A program made the translations under genes and the position numbers. The notes below the pieces were generated by a model. The model had not been told where the DNA came from and made no database searches. It saw only the letters and a program-made list of their open reading frames with translations. Positions 1-10,340 of a stretch of 64,000 nucleotides of DNA are shown here, piece by piece. The stretch comes from Histomonas meleagridis 2922-C6/04-290x. Its lineage: Eukaryota > Protista > Parabasalia. Each line of letters starts with the position of its first letter. The first letter of the stretch is position 1. Where the stretch lies: the NCBI GenBank assembly GCA_020184695.1, contig JAANOX010000111.1, forward strand, positions 124,001 through 188,000, in the 5' to 3' direction.

Positions 1-3000
1 ATTTTTACGTCGTGTCGATGAATGTGTTTCTGAACCAATATTAGCAAAGAACTTTAAGTTATATTCTTCTTATGTGAAAGCATTTATTGATTATGCAGAG
101 AAAGGGAAAGAAGTTGTTGATGAAATGTTATGGAATCAATTTTTATCATTATGTGAAAGTCGATTATTAGTATATGCATTATTCCCAGATATTAATGTAA
201 CAAATATAGTTCGACAAACTTGGAAACATTTAAGTAAAGATACTGTTGTCTATAAAGATAAAAATCCTCCATTAGCTACAGTAATTCCAGATATTACACA
301 AAATCCAATATATCAATTATCAAAACATACTAATTTCCATGGGTTTGAAACACGATATTTATCATTAGCTACATATTTTGCTAAGCCTAATGGTAAAATA
401 CCAAAAGAATTCCATAATGCTATAGCTAAATTATTATTTGCATTATATAAAACAAAATATTATGAAAATAATGAACCTTTAAATCAACAAGTAGTTACTA
501 TACTTGTCGATACATTACAACGATTTTCTCAACAAGAAATCTTTAATTTAGTTTGTTTGTCTGATAATAATTCTTGGTATTATATCATAGATAAAATTAG
601 TAATAATACACAAATTACTTTACCTACAAAACTTAAATATGTTTGGTCACTTTCATCACATATTAAGTTTTGTAAAACTGTTTTAGAATCAGAACAAATT
701 CGTAAGAACTTATGTATAATATTTGAAGCTTTTATCCAATCTCCATTACCGAAGAATGAAAGTGAACAATCAATTGAAGTTATAGGCGCAGAATTTTGTG
801 CTACATTTGTCCGAACTATATCAAATCAATTTAAAGATGAACAAATATTTAATGATTTTAATAACTTAATCATTAAAATCATTTCAAGATTAAATCCGGA
901 TTCAATTACATTACCCGATATACCACATGTATTTGCATTATTAGAATTAATTCATGCATTATTAGATACAAAACCTATTGATAATAATACTGTCGAAAAT
1001 GTATTAGATTGGACATTATATATAGCATTAAAAACTAAAGGTTCAACAATATTACAATTACAATGTCATGATGTAGTATTATCATTAGTTAAAAATAACT
1101 CAAATTCATTACCATTAATTATGCAATGTTGTTTTAGAGCTTCTTCTTTAACTACTGCACATGTCGCTTCTGCTATTATTAGTTCTAAAGTTTCAAGTAC
1201 TGATTTAGCTATATTATCATTAGGTTTAAGTAGTAGACCTTCAATGATATGTAGAGCTATTTCAGCCGAAATTGCAAATACTTCATCAAATGCAAAGTTT
1301 TCACCACTTGCTTGTATTGATCCATTATTTGAAGAGAAAATTGTTGAATTTTATGCTTCTTCATTTACACCAGAAAATGTCCGTAAATTAATGTTACAAA
1401 TTCCTTCATTATTAACAACTGGTGAAAGTGATCCATCATCAGTTCAACATTTCTTACTATTACAAAATCGATTAACTAAAATCACTAAAGTTAAAACAGT
1501 ATTAACATTATTACATTTAACAGCTATTACTGAATTTAGTGATTTAACACCTATTAAACCTTTAATACCAATTTGGGATCAAGTCTTTGAAAGTCCACCA
1601 GATAAATTAGAGAATATATTAGAAATGATATTAAATGAAGTCAAATCTATTACTGATGCTAAAATGCTTACAGCTTGTTGTATATCATTTTCAAGAGCAT
1701 TCTTTAAATATCCTAAACAAACAGCTACATTTATAATCGAACATTTACGTGTAACTACAGATCCTAATTTATCATTTGATAATTTTAAGCCGACAACAAT
1801 TGAATTAGTAATATCAGCAGTGTTAAGTTTCATCTTCGATTTAGAAACTGATCGACAACGTTTTGTTGTTTGTTTCTTAGATCATATTCGATTTATATTA
1901 GTATGGGCCATTTTCTTACGATTTAATCCATTATATGAACATCATCATTTACCACCATTAGTTACATCTATTATGCATGCAGCTGTACCTGATTCAAGTT
2001 TACCATTATTTGTATTAGCACCAAGTGAATGTGTAGCACGTGCAGTTTATTTACCATTTAGACATACAACAGAATTAACATCAGCACAAATCGCTTCATT
2101 ATTAGATGTATTAAAATCATTTTCTAAATTAACAGCAGAATTATTCTTAGATACAGTTGCAGCTAAAGCAAGTTCATTAGCAAAGTATTCACCTGATTTT
2201 TGGATATTGTTTTCGAATTTCTTCCAACCTATACATAGTACGACATTCTTAAATTCATTTATAGCTAATGCACAAAATGTGGACTTAGAAAATATATCAA
2301 TGATGTTGCCTATATTAACTGGTATGGTGAAACAAAACGCAGATCCTTCACATATAGCTGGTTTCATTGCTGTCATTATATTTATAATATCATCAACTAA
2401 TGATATGAACTTCCTTAAAGTGATTAACAAACATTTGCCAAAGTTTATCGATACTGTCACTGAAAGTGAAGACGCAGAAATTATATCATCGACTTTGTTG
2501 ACTATCATTGATGAACATGGAGGTGAAGAATCAATTGTCGAAGGTATAATATACTTATTACAATTACCTGAGAAGATTAACTCAAGCGATATGAATAATG
2601 TATTGATATATCTATATGAAATATCAAAGTTATTATCGATTTCAAACGCAATTTATTCTTATACTTCATTGATCTTGTTCATCTTCGATTCATTTAGATG
2701 GTTGGAAAGTAATGGAACTGAGTTCATGACGTCATTAGCATTCTTAAGCTTAAATCCTCCAAATTCATATGAAGAACTTTCAGATATAATTGTCGATAAA
2801 TGGGTTCCAAAAATTGTATCTTTCTCGATCAAATGTATAGCGAATTTCGTTGGGAAAACTTCAATTATTACTTTCTCATTTAAGAAGAATATCATTAAAA
2901 TGATAATGAGGGTGACAAATCAATGGAAGAACATGGAAATAATGCCCGACGCTGAAAAGTTAAGGAAGTTGATTTTGATGTTGTTGATCGGCTCCGATAG

Positions 3001-3232
3001 CGAGAACTTAACGGATTTGGCAAAGATGTTTTCTGAGCTGATCGAAACGATAGGTGACTCAGGTGAAATTTCACTGGTGGAATCAATACAGCCGTTAAGA
3101 GTGGCTAAAACTGATAATAACCAGATCAAAAGAGCTATCGCACAAGAAGCAACACCAGTGTTCGTCCCACATGAAATCAAACACCCACTGTCTGAGGTTT
3201 GCCAGTACATTCAAAATAACATTCTCAATTAA
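1..3232 (+). CDS. Large alpha-helical (HEAT/ARM-like solenoid) hypothetical protein, 5'-truncated by the window edge
   Basis: The frame is open from position 2 to TAA at 3230-3232, so the track's GTG start at 74 is not the real start. Leu/Ile-rich helical composition; no family recognised. Confidence 0.75.
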   Translation, partial: FLRRVDECVSEPILAKNFKLYSSYVKAFIDYAEKGKEVVDEMLWNQFLSLCESRLLVYALFPDINVTNIVRQTWKHLSKDTVVYKDKNPPLATVIPDITQNPIYQLSKHTNFHGFETRYLSLATYFAKPNGKIPKEFHNAIAKLLFALYKTKYYENNEPLNQQVVTILVDTLQRFSQQEIFNLVCLSDNNSWYYIIDKISNNTQITLPTKLKYVWSLSSHIKFCKTVLESEQIRKNLCIIFEAFIQSPLPKNESEQSIEVIGAEFCATFVRTISNQFKDEQIFNDFNNLIIKIISRLNPDSITLPDIPHVFALLELIHALLDTKPIDNNTVENVLDWTLYIALKTKGSTILQLQCHDVVLSLVKNNSNSLPLIMQCCFRASSLTTAHVASAIISSKVSSTDLAILSLGLSSRPSMICRAISAEIANTSSNAKFSPLACIDPLFEEKIVEFYASSFTPENVRKLMLQIPSLLTTGESDPSSVQHFLLLQNRLTKITKVKTVLTLLHLTAITEFSDLTPIKPLIPIWDQVFESPPDKLENILEMILNEVKSITDAKMLTACCISFSRAFFKYPKQTATFIIEHLRVTTDPNLSFDNFKPTTIELVISAVLSFIFDLETDRQRFVVCFLDHIRFILVWAIFLRFNPLYEHHHLPPLVTSIMHAAVPDSSLPLFVLAPSECVARAVYLPFRHTTELTSAQIASLLDVLKSFSKLTAELFLDTVAAKASSLAKYSPDFWILFSNFFQPIHSTTFLNSFIANAQNVDLENISMMLPILTGMVKQNADPSHIAGFIAVIIFIISSTNDMNFLKVINKHLPKFIDTVTESEDAEIISSTLLTIIDEHGGEESIVEGIIYLLQLPEKINSSDMNNVLIYLYEISKLLSISNAIYSYTSLILFIFDSFRWLESNGTEFMTSLAFLSLNPPNSYEELSDIIVDKWVPKIVSFSIKCIANFVGKTSIITFSFKKNIIKMIMRVTNQWKNMEIMPDAEKLRKLILMLLIGSDSENLTDLAKMFSELIETIGDSGEISLVESIQPLRVAKTDNNQIKRAIAQEATPVFVPHEIKHPLSEVCQYIQNNILN

Positions 3233-3423
3233 AAATTTATTCTCGTGAAAACTGTTTTTTGAAGTTGAGATTTACTTACAAAAAGTGGCACTTGTAATTC
3301 AATATTTTAATTGCATCACAATATCTGTTCTCAGAAACATATTTTGCATATGAAAATTATGTTTACAAATTTTTAAATTTAACAATTAGAAGGGAAATGG
3401 TTATTTTTTTGAACAATGAAGTT

Positions 3424-3512
3424 AAAGCTTCATTCAGGCGGTTGGGACACTTTTGAATGCTTTTGAGTTCAATTTGAAAAAGTTCGGCCCAAAGGGTTTT
3501 GAACTGAGCTTT
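3424..3512. repeat. Dispersed ~90-100 nt element, copy 1 (MITE-like or structured ncRNA)
   Basis: 3435-3484 is identical over 50 nt to 27999-28048. Imperfect terminal inverted repeat AAAGCTTCA...TGAGCTTT; internal GTTCAA...TTGAAC stem. Confidence 0.7.
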
Positions 3513-3875
3513 ATAACAACGATAACTTTTTCAAATAAAAATAACAATTAATCACAGAAAATATTTTCTGAGGGTTTTAATTTTAAAATTTGATTATTTA
3601 GATAAGCAATATTTAAAAATTGTTTGATTTTATATATTTATAATTGATCTCAATGTTTATTTATATTTTAATATTAATTTAAATAGATAACTAATAAATC
3701 ATAAGATATTATTATATTTTTTAAGAATTAATTTATTTTTGGTGCTCTCAAACTTCAATACAAAAGCTATTTAACCGTTGTTATAAAATGTGACTCAACG
3801 GTTTTTCGTTGGACAAATAAAAAAACTTCTTCAATCGTATTTTGCTTTATTTTTGAGTATTTGAAGACAACAGGT

Positions 3876-4178
3876 TTAGTTTTCATATACTGGCTTGATG
3901 CATGGTAGGAAGTTTTTCACTTCTTCACAATGGATTGTGAACCATTTGTACATGAGTACCTTACTTCTTTTGAAATTACGTGGTAGAGGTAATTGAAACC
4001 TTTTAGAGATTAAGAGTGCTAAAGAAATCATTCGGTTAACTGTTACTTGTTTGTTAAAGTATTCATTGATTATGTTATATCCAATACTTCCTTTCGCAAC
4101 ATAATCGCCAACAAGAGCTTCAGTGACTCCACCTTCTCCAAGATTTTTTCGGCTCACATAATTTGGCTTGAGTTCCAT
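3876..4178 (-). CDS. Small basic hypothetical protein (100 aa)
   Basis: ATG-initiated ORF with protein-like composition. The C-terminal PRNFKRSKVLMYKWF motif resembles small parabasalid hypothetical families (from recall). Confidence 0.65.
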   Translation of the reverse strand: MELKPNYVSRKNLGEGGVTEALVGDYVAKGSIGYNIINEYFNKQVTVNRMISLALLISKRFQLPLPRNFKRSKVLMYKWFTIHCEEVKNFLPCIKPVYEN

Positions 4179-4229
4179 GTTCCAATTATTTTTTGGTTTT
4201 TGATTGACAGAAAAAACTAATTGAAAGGA

Positions 4230-4242
4230 AACGGTAACCGTT
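4230..4242. promoter_or_regulatory. Dyad AACGGT-A-ACCGTT in a divergent promoter (M3/Myb-type motif pair)
   Basis: Palindrome midway between divergent ATGs at 4178(-) and 4302(+); half-sites resemble the Trichomonas M3 core-promoter consensus. Confidence 0.4.
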
Positions 4243-4301
4243 CAAATAAGCGTTTCAATGTTTTACAAAATTTTATCCTCAAACAACGTTTATTCAGCTC
4301 T

Positions 4302-4928
4302 ATGAAATATATCCTCAATATTAAGGTTGTGGCTCTAAATGTTGATACAAATTTTGTTACCTACCAAAGGAAGGCAAGAAAGGATTCTGGATGGCTTGTT
4401 GTTAAGGTTGATGGAGGAAAATCTGCTGTCTCAACTCCACTTGTTTCAATTCAGCAAAGAATGAGTTTTAACTTCCAAACTTCAATCCCTTATGAATCAA
4501 ATGATAACATGCAATCTTACGTATACTTCACTTTATGCGTCTTTGGAAAATCACAAAGAGAAAATATTCCAATTGCAAAGTGTCGTTCTAGAATTGGGAG
4601 ATTACCATTAAATGGTGCTGTCCAATTTGACCTTCCACTCATAAGCGGTAATCAACAAGTTGCAGTAATCAATTTATCTGGCGTTCTCCAGTCTGTTGGA
4701 GCAGCAAATCCTCAAGTGCCACCACCAATGCAAGTACAACCACCTCCATATCAATATGCTCAACCAAATGCACCTCCTCCATATGGTGCACCACAATTAC
4801 CACCTAATCCTAAACAACAACCAGCGCCACCACAAAACAAACCATCACAGGGTTATATCCCTTCACAACCACAATATGCACCAACGAATGATTATACTAA
4901 TCCATCCAATAATCCATACTTTTACTAA
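4302..4928 (+). CDS. C2-like domain protein with Pro/Gln/Tyr-rich tail
   Basis: First ATG at 4302 (track used TTG at 4221). Beta-rich N-terminal domain followed by PPPYQ/PPPYG repeats. Confidence 0.7.
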   Translation: MKYILNIKVVALNVDTNFVTYQRKARKDSGWLVVKVDGGKSAVSTPLVSIQQRMSFNFQTSIPYESNDNMQSYVYFTLCVFGKSQRENIPIAKCRSRIGRLPLNGAVQFDLPLISGNQQVAVINLSGVLQSVGAANPQVPPPMQVQPPPYQYAQPNAPPPYGAPQLPPNPKQQPAPPQNKPSQGYIPSQPQYAPTNDYTNPSNNPYFY

Positions 4929-5257
4929 ATAAAAAATGCAAAGTTGAAAGATTTTTGTTTGCCAAAAATATGAAATAACCTTTTAGCATAATCATATTTT
5001 ACAATTTCAAACATTCTTCTAATACGACGCTTATCTCTCCCAAGACTCAAACCTTTTAAATGTATCATTGGGCAAGCATTAATTACAAAATTATCATAGC
5101 AATCATGGAGGAAATAGTTATACAAAGGTTCAAAAAAATGATTTTATGAACAAGAATATAAGTGATTTGATTTTGGATCCATTTATGAAGGATCTTAAAT
5201 GTGTGATGAATGAATGAGTAAAAAAAATAAATAATAATGTTTATAGAATATGAAGAA

Positions 5258-5503
5258 TCACTTTGATTTGGTATCTTTCTTGTTTTTCTTTGTATTAATA
5301 GCACTCACCTTCTTTGCTACTTTCTTTGTAAAGTATGGGAGTAGAACATCTTCTTCAGTATCTCGAGGATCTGGAATAACATCCACAAGAAGTGATGGAA
5401 GTGGAACTGTCTTCTTGTCATCCTCTTCATCTTCAGTTTGTTCGGTATTAGCTTCTTCTCCTTCCTGCTCTTTGTCAGATGAATCGTAGCTCGAATCGCT
5501 CAT
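5258..5503 (-). CDS. Small acidic/basic hypothetical protein (81 aa)
   Basis: ATG ORF, acidic N-terminal half and Lys-rich C-terminal half; an in-frame TAA lies immediately upstream of the ATG. Confidence 0.45.
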   Translation of the reverse strand: MSDSSYDSSDKEQEGEEANTEQTEDEEDDKKTVPLPSLLVDVIPDPRDTEEDVLLPYFTKKVAKKVSAINTKKNKKDTKSK

Positions 5504-6019
5504 TTACTGTTGAATAGTATTCAAAAAGTCTGTTGTTTTTGAATTGAACCCGTTTACATCATCAAAACGGTTAGGGAAAAGTGCATATGGTTAATGATAA
5601 TGTTCAAAACTCTTTTTGGTATGTGCGTCTTTGTGGTTTTGTAGCATTGAGCCCATATTTAGTAATACATTTAAATAGTAACATAGGTGCATAATGCGAT
5701 TTTTTATTAAATTTATATTTATTCAATTGAATGATAATTATTTTCAGAAATTTAGATTACTGTAGTAATTAATATAAATTGTCAACAATATATTGTGTTT
5801 TCGACATAAGGGTAGCCCAATATAATTATTTTTATAAAGAAATCGGCTTCGAGATACCCTCAAAAATCATCATAATTTGAATAATGTTTGTTCTTCCAAG
5901 CTCTTCGTTGAATAAAAAATAACGAGAGAAAAATATATCTAATCAAGAAAATTTAAATGAATGGGAAATACTTTCATTAATTAAAAAATTAGTATTTGGT
6001 TTGAACAATATATACATTT

Positions 6020-6270
6020 TACCACACGCAAAATTAATCAAACAATTGAAGCATCACTTTATGAAAGATATTCATTTGATAATTATCATCGAAGTAATAT
6101 TTTTAAATATATATTGAAGAGAAATTTGTGAAAATCAATGATTTGGAAAAATTATAAAACTAGTTTAATAATTTAGTATATTAAGATAATATTTGGAAAT
6201 TATTTAAATTATTTTGAACGGCAACACATATGAAATAGTTAAATTACTTCTTACACAATATAATGATTAA
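6020..6270 (+). pseudogene. Deleted relic of a DUF3447-like ankyrin/spacer gene
   Basis: Translates INQTIEASLYERYSF..YHRSNIFKY (cf. FNQTIEPSLYER and FHQNDIFKY in the intact paralog). Then the exact spacer 3' motif ATAATATTTGGAAATTATTTAAATTATTT (6186-6214) and YEIVKLLL. Confidence 0.75.
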
Positions 6271-6675
6271 TTCGATTAATTTTTATTTTTTCATGAAGTT
6301 TGTTTTAAAAATTTGATCAAATTTGTAAGCAACATTTAAAAATCATTTAAATCATTAAAATTTTTGATTACGATTACTTATAAAAATGGAAACAAAACTC
6401 CACATATTTCTAGATCGATAACATATATATTTTATAATAAAATATATATTATTTATTTTTATTTAATTTTTGTAATATTTGATAATAAAATACAATATTA
6501 AATCCTAAATAAATTTAGTTATATTAATATGTTTTAAGTATTTAAAGGAGGATTTCCATTTTTGTAAAATGAAGGGAAAATATGTCAAATTACTAGTAGT
6601 AGTAACCGCAAATATTGTTTCTGGGCTAAAAACGGTTATTTGAACAATAGGTGTCAAATTTGCCAGGCCAATTAT

Positions 6676-7359
6676 ATGAACTTTAAAAAATTGTTTAGAG
6701 CTCCTAAGTGCTATTTAACAGTACCATTAATAGTTCCTCTTGCATTGCTTATATGCGTTCCCATTGGTTACTATAATGACCAATATGATTTTGAATATTA
6801 TCCTCCTATTCCATCTTCTGTCATAATTTATACACCACAAAATATCATTTTTGGTATTTCTGTTGCTGTTGCATGTGTTTTCATGGCCATTGGATTATAT
6901 AAAATGTTCAGATATCTCAATTCAAATCATCGTGTAGGTCTCCAATCCACACTAGCAAAGGTACTTGTTTATGTTTTTACAATTTGTGGAGCTGCTGCAA
7001 TTATTTGCTTAGCAATAACAAGCTTTTTCTCACTTGGTGATGGATTATGGGTTCATTTAGGATTCCATCTTGCTTTCTTCACAACATTTATGATCCAACT
7101 CGGCGTTTCTGATTATTTACTCAATCGCCTTAAACACAAAACACCAACGTCTGCATACATATTAGATGGTGTTATTTGCGCCTTTTATATTTTCTACTTT
7201 GCTGTCGGCTACGCTCTCTTCTTCCGTCCACCAACTTCCTTCTTCTCCTTAATATCAATTTCTGGATACGTACTTTTCGCTCTTGTGTTCATTAAGAACT
7301 TCATCAATGGAACACAAATTTTGGAGCACGCACTCATTCCAGCAGGAAAGCGAAACTAA
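6676..7359 (+). CDS. Frag1/DRAM/Sfk1-family multi-pass membrane protein
   Basis: About 6 hydrophobic segments with PSSVIIYTPQNIIFG and VHLGFHLAFF motifs; first ATG at 6676. Confidence 0.6.
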   Translation: MNFKKLFRAPKCYLTVPLIVPLALLICVPIGYYNDQYDFEYYPPIPSSVIIYTPQNIIFGISVAVACVFMAIGLYKMFRYLNSNHRVGLQSTLAKVLVYVFTICGAAAIICLAITSFFSLGDGLWVHLGFHLAFFTTFMIQLGVSDYLLNRLKHKTPTSAYILDGVICAFYIFYFAVGYALFFRPPTSFFSLISISGYVLFALVFIKNFINGTQILEHALIPAGKRN

Positions 7360-7661
7360 ACACACACACACACAATTTTTTTTATAATTTATGTTATGTG
7401 ATTGAAAATTTGCATAATTATATTACAAAAAACATTTATTTGAATTCTTGAATATTTTAAGAAAATATATACTTTATTGAATTTTTAAAGAAAAGTAAAT
7501 AACTACATAGCTATGAAGTTTTTTTTTCACTATAAATAATTTATAAACAAATGCTTAGAGTATGTTATATATATATGATATAAATTATTAGTCATTTTTA
7601 AACATATTTAACAATAAGAAATTGGTTGTGCATTGTTTAACTAAACCCAAACTAAAAATTT

Positions 7662-10061
7662 TTATAATTTTACAGGTTGAAAAGTTAAAAAGATTTCGTT
7701 ATTGTCCCAATATTTAATATCATTTTTCAAATTAGATGATGTGAAATTGGAAGAAATTTTTTTTGATATTTCTTTGATGGCATTGCTTTTTGGATCAAAT
7801 TCAAGTTGCGTTTGCTCTTCAATTTCATTTCTAGTTTCTATTGTTGAAAATATTGATGATATAGTATACTTGAATTCAGGTTTTTCTATTGGCGGTGCTG
7901 TTGGTGGAATTGCACCGCATTTCCCACTTGTTTCAACATATTCAGCAACCATATTTGCTATTGGATGCACAGTTAAATCTATTGTAGCTAATGAACTTAG
8001 ATCTAATAATGATAAAATCGGATTTCTAAATCCCGAATTTATAAATTGTGAAGCATCAGATCCATCTCCAGCATTCTCATTCATATTAAATGAATTCTCT
8101 GGTGAAACATTAACAGCAAACTCACCAATCATTGACAAGTAAAGCCCACACCTTTGTGTGGTCGAAGAAAAAAATCTTTTCTTCGAAAATCTATCTTTTA
8201 ATCTTTTGATTTCATTGATTTCTTTATTATATTCCATAAATTTTGAAGGATATCCAAATGATATTATTTTTGAATTACTTAAAACTGTATCATAAAAATT
8301 TAACTCCTTCTCATTATTTTGAAATGAAAGTTCATTAATTCCTAATTCACTTAAATAAGGAGCTCTTTCAATAATCTGATATATTGTTTTTATGTCATCA
8401 TCATAAATTGTATTTTGTCCAATATTAAGTGAATAAAGACCTGGAATTTCTGTATATTTTATGCTTGGTTTTATCCCACAAACGTCTAAGCCCCAAAGAT
8501 TTCTTCCTTTCTTAAAAAATTTTACAATTTTATTAATACAATATTGTGATAATGCAGGAGAAAAACAATTTGATAAATTGAGATAATTTAATGTATTTAA
8601 ATTTTTGTTTGATATTAGTGGCGATTGTGTTTCTAAAAATTTTAAAAACAATTTTATAGCAGATTCATCAAATGTGTTATTACTGAAATTAATTTCAGTA
8701 AGCGCTGGATAAAGTGAATCAAATTTAAATTGAGAAAATACTTCATCCCAATTTGTATTAATTTGAGCTCTTTCAACAGATAATATCAAAGGATATTTTC
8801 GAGGATTTGAACAAAGGATTGATATAAAAGAAACAAATGATTCTGGACTCCATTCACAATAACCAACATCAATAAATAAAAGAGTAGGAGGAAGAATCAT
8901 TGTATCTTTTACTATAATTGTATTACCTGTATTATTTCTCATACATAATTTTTGGATTATTGTTTCACATCTTGATATACCTAAAAGAGCATCACAAACA
9001 TCAATATAACACCATTCAACTTGAAAGTTTTCAAGCTTTTTGCAAAAAGCAACACAAATTAAAGCAAAATCAAGAAAAGAAGAATCTGAACACATACATC
9101 TTACAAATCCTAATGACGTGATTGCATTACAAAAATATGATTTCATAATACATTGAGAAATTATTTCTATTCCAGATGTTTCAAAAGTAATATCCCAAAA
9201 AATCAATGTCGAAATTTGAAGACTTCCATTTTGAATTGCCATAAAAAATTCTACAATAAACTTATTTGAACAATTATTAATCTTAATAGTTGTAAGGGTA
9301 GAAGACATTTTCTTTAAAATTATTCCTTTTAATTTTGCATGCGTATAATTCTTTAGTTCTAAAGATACTAAGTTTTTAGAAGATAAAATAACATTCAAAA
9401 AATTATCAAGATGAATTTCATCAAATTTATCAAGAATTAATGATTTTAAGTTTGATTCAACAGATAAAGACATTGCAACTTCTTTTGACGTTTTACTTTT
9501 CCAAATGTTTGGTAAATTAATTTCTTTTTCACCCATATAATGACCTAATACATTGATCACTTTCTTTTCTGGTCGTTTTGAACTAACAAGACAAAATGCA
9601 ATATAACGGTATAAAAGTAAAAAAGGTGGTCTTGAATTGGGTATTTTTATCAACTCAAAGAAAGGTGATTTTTCAATGTTTCTTGAAATTTTAATTTGAT
9701 TTGTAAAAACATTCCAAAATAATTTCTTAATTTGTTGACAAATTGTTACATAAAGTAATTTTGAATCAGGAACAGTAAACAAGTAATTTTTTGATTTGAA
9801 ACTAATTTTAAATTCATTTCCATTAATCTCTATAGCTTCTAATAAAAACAAAGAATGGCAATGATGAATTTTAAACTCATTACTTTTTTCAAAAATATAA
9901 AATCCACATTCAGTAATCATTATATAATAAATCTTCTTTTTCTTTTCATCATTTTCTTCAATACCTGAAACATGAACACAATATTGCGATGTTTCCTTAT
10001 CAGAATAACATAATTTTAATAAGTTATTGATAGTATCACTTCTAATTTGTTGATTTATCAT
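7662..10061 (-). CDS. RNI-like leucine-rich repeat protein (CARMIL-like architecture)
   Basis: 799-aa ORF with LxxLxLxxN/C repeats (LTEINFSNN, LNYLNLSNC, LYSLNIGQN) after a PH-like N-terminus. Confidence 0.65.
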   Translation of the reverse strand: MINQQIRSDTINNLLKLCYSDKETSQYCVHVSGIEENDEKKKKIYYIMITECGFYIFEKSNEFKIHHCHSLFLLEAIEINGNEFKISFKSKNYLFTVPDSKLLYVTICQQIKKLFWNVFTNQIKISRNIEKSPFFELIKIPNSRPPFLLLYRYIAFCLVSSKRPEKKVINVLGHYMGEKEINLPNIWKSKTSKEVAMSLSVESNLKSLILDKFDEIHLDNFLNVILSSKNLVSLELKNYTHAKLKGIILKKMSSTLTTIKINNCSNKFIVEFFMAIQNGSLQISTLIFWDITFETSGIEIISQCIMKSYFCNAITSLGFVRCMCSDSSFLDFALICVAFCKKLENFQVEWCYIDVCDALLGISRCETIIQKLCMRNNTGNTIIVKDTMILPPTLLFIDVGYCEWSPESFVSFISILCSNPRKYPLILSVERAQINTNWDEVFSQFKFDSLYPALTEINFSNNTFDESAIKLFLKFLETQSPLISNKNLNTLNYLNLSNCFSPALSQYCINKIVKFFKKGRNLWGLDVCGIKPSIKYTEIPGLYSLNIGQNTIYDDDIKTIYQIIERAPYLSELGINELSFQNNEKELNFYDTVLSNSKIISFGYPSKFMEYNKEINEIKRLKDRFSKKRFFSSTTQRCGLYLSMIGEFAVNVSPENSFNMNENAGDGSDASQFINSGFRNPILSLLDLSSLATIDLTVHPIANMVAEYVETSGKCGAIPPTAPPIEKPEFKYTISSIFSTIETRNEIEEQTQLEFDPKSNAIKEISKKISSNFTSSNLKNDIKYWDNNEIFLTFQPVKL

Positions 10062-10340
10062 AAAAATAAAATGTAAATGAGTTTTTCATTTATGGTTTTA
10101 TAAAATGAAGTTTTTTTTTAAATCATAATATTTTTACAATTATATAGAAAGAATCAATCCTATATAATAGTTGTAATAATAATATATGTCAAGCAAAGCT
10201 TAAACCATAGAAGAAGTTTATTTTTATTTTCTTTTGGCTGAATTATCAATAAACCGTTTTACATGCAAACAATTTTCAATGCACACAAAAAGCTTGTGAA
10301 ATTCAAATGAAACCGTTCACATAGGCACCAAAAATTACAG

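Noticed and set aside
7360-7373. (CA)n microsatellite after a stop codon
   Set aside because: Short and unremarkable.
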